From positions 1 to 37,088 of the IMG/VR virus record IMGVR_UViG_3300037482_000223: a stretch of DNA of 37,088 nucleotides; one strand, written 5' to 3'. This document shows positions 32,207 through 37,088 of the stretch, one piece after another. Positions within the stretch are counted from its first letter, which is position 1; every line of letters begins with the position of its first letter. The notes below the pieces were generated by a model that was given only the letters and a program-made list of their open reading frames with translations, had not been told where the DNA came from and did not search any database. The translations under genes were made by a program, and so were the position numbers. This DNA is from a virus (Duplodnaviria > Caudoviricetes).

Positions 32207-33484
32207 CTACGGACGGGAACATTCCACACCGTCGATGACCACCCTGGTCTCGGGATGCGGGTTCGCCCAGTCCACGTCATCACAGGTCAGGTTGGTTCCG
32301 TTGACCGTGAACGTGATCGGCTGGCCGTTCGAGATAGGGGCGTCCGCGACGAGGATGCGGGTGGCGGTTGTGTTGGTGAACGTGACCGTCCCGGCGAACG
32401 CGTGCTTACGGAGGATGATCTCCCCTACGTCGGAGTCGGAGAGCACCCAGCCGACCGCGTGGACTTCGACGTAGGGGACGGTGACGTTGCGGTAGTCGTA
32501 GTCGTTCCCGTAGGCACCGTGGTCGATGCCCCCGCCCACCCCGGTCTCGTTGATCTTCGAGGGAGAGGGAGTACCGACGAACCCGTCGATGATGTGGTGG
32601 TTGCCGTCGTTCTGCCAGACGAAGATGGCATGGCAGGGTCCACCGCTGAAACTGTTATTCTCGAACACCCACACGTTGCCGCCAGGATTCCCGGCAGCTT
32701 TCGCTGGCCAGTCGAATCCTGAGCAGTCCTTGACATGAGAGGGGGTGACGTTGTGAGCCTCTGAGTTGCGGATCACGTTGCCCGACCCCGCGCCCAACGT
32801 GTAAGCAGCGAGGAGGAACCCTCTGTTGTCGCCGGGCGTGTTGGTCACTCCGTCGACCACCATTCCGTCGACGATGATGTCGTTGGAGTTGTCCAGGGTA
32901 CAGAAGTGGTCCCGCCCGTTCCTGCACTCCCAGCTCGGGTCGCCTTCCGTGTTGGTGCCAGGCGCGTCCCACCACAGTCCCGGGCCCTTGACGTTTTCCG
33001 CCCGGTCATTCAAGAATGTGATCCCATGCGAGCCGTGAGGGACGAAGGCCCGGTTCAACGAGTCGCGGACGGTCACATTCTGAACCAGCGTCTCCCGCGT
33101 GGTGTCGTAGTTGAGATGCCAGTGGAGCGGGTAGAACCCGAGTTGCGGACGACCCGAATCCTCGATGGTCATGTTCCGCAAGGTGGACGGCCCGGCCCCG
33201 TCGGTGAACATGATTCGACTCACGTTCGTGACAATCACCCCGTTCCAGTCGAGGGTGCCACCGTTGACCACGAGGATCTGGTAGCCGTTGCCCTCCAACC
33301 GCCGCGGACCGAAATTCGTCCCGTAAAGCTGATGTTCGGTCCCGTCGACTATGAGGTCGCCGGTCAACTCCATGCTCATACACGCCGCGTCGAGACAGCG
33401 GATAGGCGAGGCCTGCGCGGGCAACGGCAGCCCCAGACCGACAATAAGTGCGAGCGCGGTGAACACGCCTAACAGGCGACGCAT
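32207..33484 (-). CDS. Secreted right-handed beta-helix protein (CEMIP/TMEM2/fibrocystin-like)
   Basis: Signal peptide ending AQA; LGFYPLHWH…V..S.NRAFVPHGSHGI signature. Confidence 0.75.
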   Translation of the reverse strand: MRRLLGVFTALALIVGLGLPLPAQASPIRCLDAACMSMELTGDLIVDGTEHQLYGTNFGPRRLEGNGYQILVVNGGTLDWNGVIVTNVSRIMFTDGAGPSTLRNMTIEDSGRPQLGFYPLHWHLNYDTTRETLVQNVTVRDSLNRAFVPHGSHGITFLNDRAENVKGPGLWWDAPGTNTEGDPSWECRNGRDHFCTLDNSNDIIVDGMVVDGVTNTPGDNRGFLLAAYTLGAGSGNVIRNSEAHNVTPSHVKDCSGFDWPAKAAGNPGGNVWVFENNSFSGGPCHAIFVWQNDGNHHIIDGFVGTPSPSKINETGVGGGIDHGAYGNDYDYRNVTVPYVEVHAVGWVLSDSDVGEIILRKHAFAGTVTFTNTTATRILVADAPISNGQPITFTVNGTNLTCDDVDWANPHPETRVVIDGVECSRP

Positions 33485-33501
33485 GAAACCCCCCTGTCAG
33501 A

Positions 33502-33894
33502 TCAGGGGTTGCCGGCCGTGATGGTGAACGAGCTGATGGCGACGGTCCCGCCTGCGACAAACGAAATGCTGTCGAAATTGAGATCGGCGCCGGACACGGC
33601 CACGTCACCGTCCGTCACATGAGTGGGGACGGTCGATTCGATACGGAACCATGATGCGGTCCCCGTCGCGTCAGCGGACGTGTCGTCAGCTATGGCGTTC
33701 AACGTGAGAACCCCACCGGTCGCGGCAGGGGCGAACGTGGCGTTGCAAACCTGTTCGGACAGTTTGGTCGTCTCCGCCCCACCCGTCGCCGGACGTGTCC
33801 CAGAGAAGATTTTCAACAACGCCGACGCACCGGCCAGCGCCGTGATCTCGTCTAACTGGTTGTTACGCAAAGTCGCGTTGTATCCCAGGGCCAC
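33502..33894 (-). CDS. Conserved ~130 aa virion structural protein
   Basis: RN..LD…LKIFSGTRP…ADATGTASWFRI…DGDV…DL…GGTV.ISSFTIT, a family often seen before fibre genes. Confidence 0.8.
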   Translation of the reverse strand: MALGYNATLRNNQLDEITALAGASALLKIFSGTRPATGGAETTKLSEQVCNATFAPAATGGVLTLNAIADDTSADATGTASWFRIESTVPTHVTDGDVAVSGADLNFDSISFVAGGTVAISSFTITAGNP

Positions 33895-34034
33895 TATTCC
33901 TTCTCCTCACATGTGTCAGCGTGGACGAGTTCGAGCCCCTCGTATCCACATTCGGCGTTGCCGCACGGTGGAGGCGGTGGGGTGAACGTGCCGTACGCTT
34001 CGATCTTGAAGTCGTCCTGTTTGACTTCAGCCAC
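33894..34034 (-). CDS. 46 aa peptide (MAEVKQDDFKIEAYGTFTPPPPPCGNAECGYEGLELVHADTCEEKE)
   Basis: Translated by hand; GGAGG RBS; TAGTG coupling; fills the gap. Confidence 0.65.
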   Translation of the reverse strand: MAEVKQDDFKIEAYGTFTPPPPPCGNAECGYEGLELVHADTCEEKE

Positions 34035-34260
34035 TTTCAGCCTCCAATGCTCCAAGGATCTGCTTCTTGGTCATTCCCTCATCGGCTTCCACCCCCGCCG
34101 CAGCGGCGGCCTCGAGCAGTTCGGCCTTGTTCAGCTTGTCGAGGGGTTTGGGTTCCTCAAGCTCCTTCAACCGTGCTTTGAGCCTGTGCACCCGTTCGGT
34201 CTGGCCGAGTTGTTCGGCTTGGACCAGGTTGGCTTCTAAGTGGGCTTTGATGCCAGCCAT
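34027..34260 (-). CDS. Small protein with HeH/LEM (Rho-N-like) motif
   Basis: LDKLNKAELLEAA…GV…MTKKQILGAL; typical location after a capsid gene. Confidence 0.8.
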   Translation of the reverse strand: MAGIKAHLEANLVQAEQLGQTERVHRLKARLKELEEPKPLDKLNKAELLEAAAAAGVEADEGMTKKQILGALEAESG

Positions 34261-34574
34261 CAGAACACCCGTCGCCAGGTGGCCGTCGCGTCGACAACCG
34301 TCGCGCCGTATGCAGGCGCGGTCGGTTCCGTGGTGGCATGGGATGTGCCGGCGGCGACACACACCAGCAGCTCACCGGTGGACAGGTCGACATAGTCCCC
34401 GAGCGCGTAAGCGGTGGATACGGCCCACAAAGTCGAGATGAGATCCCGACCAACGAAATCCAAATCACCGGTGACAACAGCACGTCCCAACTGGTCGGTG
34501 GCGTTGCTGGTTCCTGGTGTGACGTTGGTGAGTAGGCGACCCAGGTGATCGCGTAGGTTGAGAGTTGTAACCAT
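34260..34574 (-). CDS. Capsid-associated protein with CBM5/12-like motif
   Basis: WAVSTAYALGDYV…CVAAGTS…EP…VVDATATW. Confidence 0.75.
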   Translation of the reverse strand: MVTTLNLRDHLGRLLTNVTPGTSNATDQLGRAVVTGDLDFVGRDLISTLWAVSTAYALGDYVDLSTGELLVCVAAGTSHATTEPTAPAYGATVVDATATWRRVF

Positions 34575-34595
34575 CGGTTACCTCCTTCAAGTAGC

Positions 34596-34623
34596 GAGGG
34601 GGGACGCTCGTGCGTCCCCCCTC
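34596..34623. terminator. Strong hairpin after the capsid gene
   Basis: GAGGGGGGACGC-TCGT-GCGTCCCCCCTC; no U tract, so partial terminator or mRNA stabiliser. Confidence 0.6.
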
Positions 34624-34630
34624 AATTCGA

Positions 34631-35848
34631 TCAGGCTGCGGTCAGTTCGATGATCCCGCCGTCCTCGATGGTCAGTGGGGTGAAGTAGCCGGCGTAGGCC
34701 ACCTGAACACCAAGCACAGACGGCTCGATGACAGACAGCAAGCCGACACGCTGCTCGTAGGCCTCAATGGCGGCTGTTGAGAACAGAAACGCCTTGGTCG
34801 ATCCGAGGCCAGCCGACATGACCGTCTGTACTCCGGCTACACGCCCCTGCGATCCGGATCCGAACATTCCCGCCGACAAACCTTCACCGGTCTCGGTGAC
34901 ATTGGTGATAGGTGGGAACAGCGGGCCGAACGCGGCCAGCCTGTCCGGAGCCAAAGCGAGAATGAGTTGACCGCGGCCTTTCACGGCCGTGTACACATCC
35001 TCGGCAGCGGACCAGAGTGCGGCGCGAATCGTGTCTGCCGTAGGTGAGGCTCCATAGCCGACAGCAGTGGCGGTGGAGGCGTCCAACTCGGTTCCCAGGG
35101 CTTCTTCGGTCTCCTCTGCGAACAGATCGGCTAGATCCTGGGCGACGATGTCCATGATCTGCGGTGAGCTGAAGTCGATGTCCTGACGAGAGATATTGAC
35201 GTATCCACCGTAGGTGACCGCGTTGGCGGTCAGACGGGTGATAGTCATCTTCTGGGACACCAGCTCGGCTTTCTCGTCCCCAGCCGCACCCGCAGCACCT
35301 TGCGCTGCAACGCTGGCCCGTTGCGTCACACGGGGGCGATGCCATGTGGCAGCCGGCATGGGACGAGGGCCCAGCAGATTGATCAAGGGTCGCACCGAAT
35401 CGGTGTAGTTGACCACCGGACCGATAAGCGGATCGGGGACCACACCGAGGTTGTCGGCGGTCTTCTGATGCGAAGCAGCACGGGTGTACACCTCAAGCCG
35501 TTGATGTGACTCGCGGCTTCCTTTCATCGCCGCGATCACATCAACCATGTAGTCGCCCGCGGTCCCATACTTGACACCACCGGGCTCTTCACGCCTGGTG
35601 GCGATCCGCTGGTCGAGCTCTGTAGCTCGAGTCTGGAATTGGTCGAGAACCTGCTCGGTTTTATCGAAACTGACAAGACGCGCGTTGATCTCCTCCATTC
35701 GAGTGGTCAACTCACTGAGCGTCGCGTCCTCCATCTCGTTGGGTTCGCGTCCCTCCTTATCGGCGTGAGAAAGTAACGCCTCGTAGGCGGATTTTTTGTC
35801 CTCCAGCTCGTTCTCAAGCTTTCGGATCTGAGTGTCCAAAGCGGACAT
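34631..35848 (-). CDS. Major capsid protein, HK97 fold with N-terminal delta domain
   Basis: Coiled-coil N-terminus; GDEKAEL…TYGGYVNISRQDIDFSSP. Confidence 0.93.
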   Translation of the reverse strand: MSALDTQIRKLENELEDKKSAYEALLSHADKEGREPNEMEDATLSELTTRMEEINARLVSFDKTEQVLDQFQTRATELDQRIATRREEPGGVKYGTAGDYMVDVIAAMKGSRESHQRLEVYTRAASHQKTADNLGVVPDPLIGPVVNYTDSVRPLINLLGPRPMPAATWHRPRVTQRASVAAQGAAGAAGDEKAELVSQKMTITRLTANAVTYGGYVNISRQDIDFSSPQIMDIVAQDLADLFAEETEEALGTELDASTATAVGYGASPTADTIRAALWSAAEDVYTAVKGRGQLILALAPDRLAAFGPLFPPITNVTETGEGLSAGMFGSGSQGRVAGVQTVMSAGLGSTKAFLFSTAAIEAYEQRVGLLSVIEPSVLGVQVAYAGYFTPLTIEDGGIIELTAA

Positions 35849-35924
35849 AGCAAATACTCCTTCTGATTCGGAGACTTCACTGACTGTCCGCTCGACAGCC
35901 AGCTACCACCCACGCTCTGGGCAG

Positions 35925-36695
35925 TCAGCCGTGTTTTCTGTTGAGACGGTTCAACGCCGCCAGGTAGGCGGGGTCGACGTATGCCTCGTCTAGTGCTTGG
36001 GTATAAGGAGGAGCAGTACCCTCCTCCATGAGCTCTGACTGTTCCTCACGAACAGCCAGCACTTGAGCTCCTTTGAAAGCTGGCGCCCCCACCAGGCTCA
36101 CATGGTCGAGAAAAGCGCGCACCACTTCGCGTAGTCGATTGCGGCGGTGAATCCGGATATCATCAAGACTATTGACCCGAAAACCAATCGACGGAGACAA
36201 CATGTCATCTTCGGCCAACGCCAAGGTCTCGTCTCCTCGGATAGTCCGTCCGATCTTGCCTCGGATGAACAAACCATCCCGATGCCGTGGTTCAGCCTGA
36301 ATCAGTTTGCCGACAAGTTCACCCGGTTGCCCAGGTGGATGATCTCTTGTGATTTGAATTCGTCCCGCGTGGTTCTCTAATCCATCGAATGCACCGCGGC
36401 GGAACACCTCTGCCCATACCTCCCCCCGCCAGGGAACTTCGGCTTCTTGGTCCCAGGGAACCGCGATCATGTCGATTTGGCGTAATTTCTCGTTGACATC
36501 AGCCAATACCGCGTCGCTACGGGTGAATATCTCCGACTCGAGAGCTACCGATCTGTTCTCGCTGGCATATAGGGCTGCCAGTTGAGCTTCAGCCTCTTCG
36601 CGGCTGTCATGACATCCGGCTACCGAACCATCGTCGTCTTTCACTACCGCAAACCCGGAACACGATTCGTGGTTGTCTTCAATGTGCCAAGGCAT
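35925..36695 (-). CDS. HK97-type prohead protease with N-terminal extension
   Basis: AVPWD…EVFRRGAF…DH…GL…GDETL.LA…SIGF…VSLVGAPAFKGAQV. Confidence 0.9.
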   Translation of the reverse strand: MPWHIEDNHESCSGFAVVKDDDGSVAGCHDSREEAEAQLAALYASENRSVALESEIFTRSDAVLADVNEKLRQIDMIAVPWDQEAEVPWRGEVWAEVFRRGAFDGLENHAGRIQITRDHPPGQPGELVGKLIQAEPRHRDGLFIRGKIGRTIRGDETLALAEDDMLSPSIGFRVNSLDDIRIHRRNRLREVVRAFLDHVSLVGAPAFKGAQVLAVREEQSELMEEGTAPPYTQALDEAYVDPAYLAALNRLNRKHG

Positions 36696-37088
36696 TCAAA
36701 CCTCGCTTCCATCCAGTGTGGCTCCGGTGAGAGCCTGGGCGGCCACCGTATCCAACAACCGTTCAGCGGCTTGGAACTGCTCAGACGTGACCAGTCCGGC
36801 CTCTTTGAGTTTCACCCAGGCTTCGGCACGTTCGTTGAACGCCGGTCTCGAATACTCGTCACGATTCAACTCGACCGCCTGGCCGCGGGGGAGCGCCCAA
36901 TTTGATAATGCCTCCATGAGACTGTTCGTGTAAGGCCGCAACGCCGAACGGTCGTGGTAGTCGAACAGTTGCGACACGTTCGCGTAGGTCATCGAATCGC
37001 CCGACCCGCCAGTAACAGGAAGCCCCGCCAGAAACGGGGGGACCCCGAGAAGCTGCGCGATGCGGGATTCAGTGAACTGGGACACCTC
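36696..37088 (-). CDS. Portal protein, 3' part (joined to 1-958)
   Basis: IAQLLGVPP…TYANV…LRPY…E.ALS…GLVTSEQ. Confidence 0.92.
   Translation of the reverse strand, partial: EVSQFTESRIAQLLGVPPFLAGLPVTGGSGDSMTYANVSQLFDYHDRSALRPYTNSLMEALSNWALPRGQAVELNRDEYSRPAFNERAEAWVKLKEAGLVTSEQFQAAERLLDTVAAQALTGATLDGSEV
36962..37088. repeat. Terminal direct repeat, identical to 1-127
   Basis: Exact match. Confidence 0.95.

Noticed and set aside
17357-36933. Numerous plus-strand ORFs of 60-280 aa opposite the structural genes (similar ones occur in 174-15296)
   Set aside because: They are antisense shadows of high-GC coding sequence, with no recognisable motifs

Overview
The window is an apparently complete, circularly assembled siphovirus genome of 36,961 bp. 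Positions 1-127 are repeated exactly at 36962-37088, and the break falls inside the portal gene. The host is most likely an actinobacterium (WhiB gene, high GC, actinophage-type tail and holin genes). Almost everything is on the minus strand. An early operon starts at a Cro-like gene and runs through a lytic transglycosylase, N4/N6 DNA methylase, WhiB, PD-(D/E)XK exonuclease, GIY-YIG protein, SSB-like protein, lipoprotein, AAA helicase, Holliday-junction resolvase and a string of small genes. It is followed by HNH, TerL, portal, protease, HK97-type capsid, a large head/neck fibre module, neck, tail and lysis genes. Only a short plus-strand island (XRE repressor and two small ORFs, about 15.5-16.4 kb) runs the other way. 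The best candidate for a novel system is in that island. The phage has a repressor/Cro switch but no recognisable integrase or ParA/B. The repressor ends in an ssrA-like degron (…TDNRPYASQAA), and a dif-like XerD arm (ACTTTACATAA) sits inside the gene just upstream of the tag. A second, inverted dif-like site with a XerC-type arm lies about 440 bp downstream. Recombination by host XerCD, either integration at dif or inversion between the two sites, would remove the degron and could act as the lysogeny switch. Other oddities are a TerL whose nuclease domain seems to lack catalytic acids and has no TerS, several gene cassettes bounded by direct repeats that could pop out cleanly, an FN3 domain apparently split between two fibre proteins, and a secreted CEMIP/TMEM2-like beta-helix protein in the virion module. 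All product calls come from motif recognition by eye; no database searches were run.
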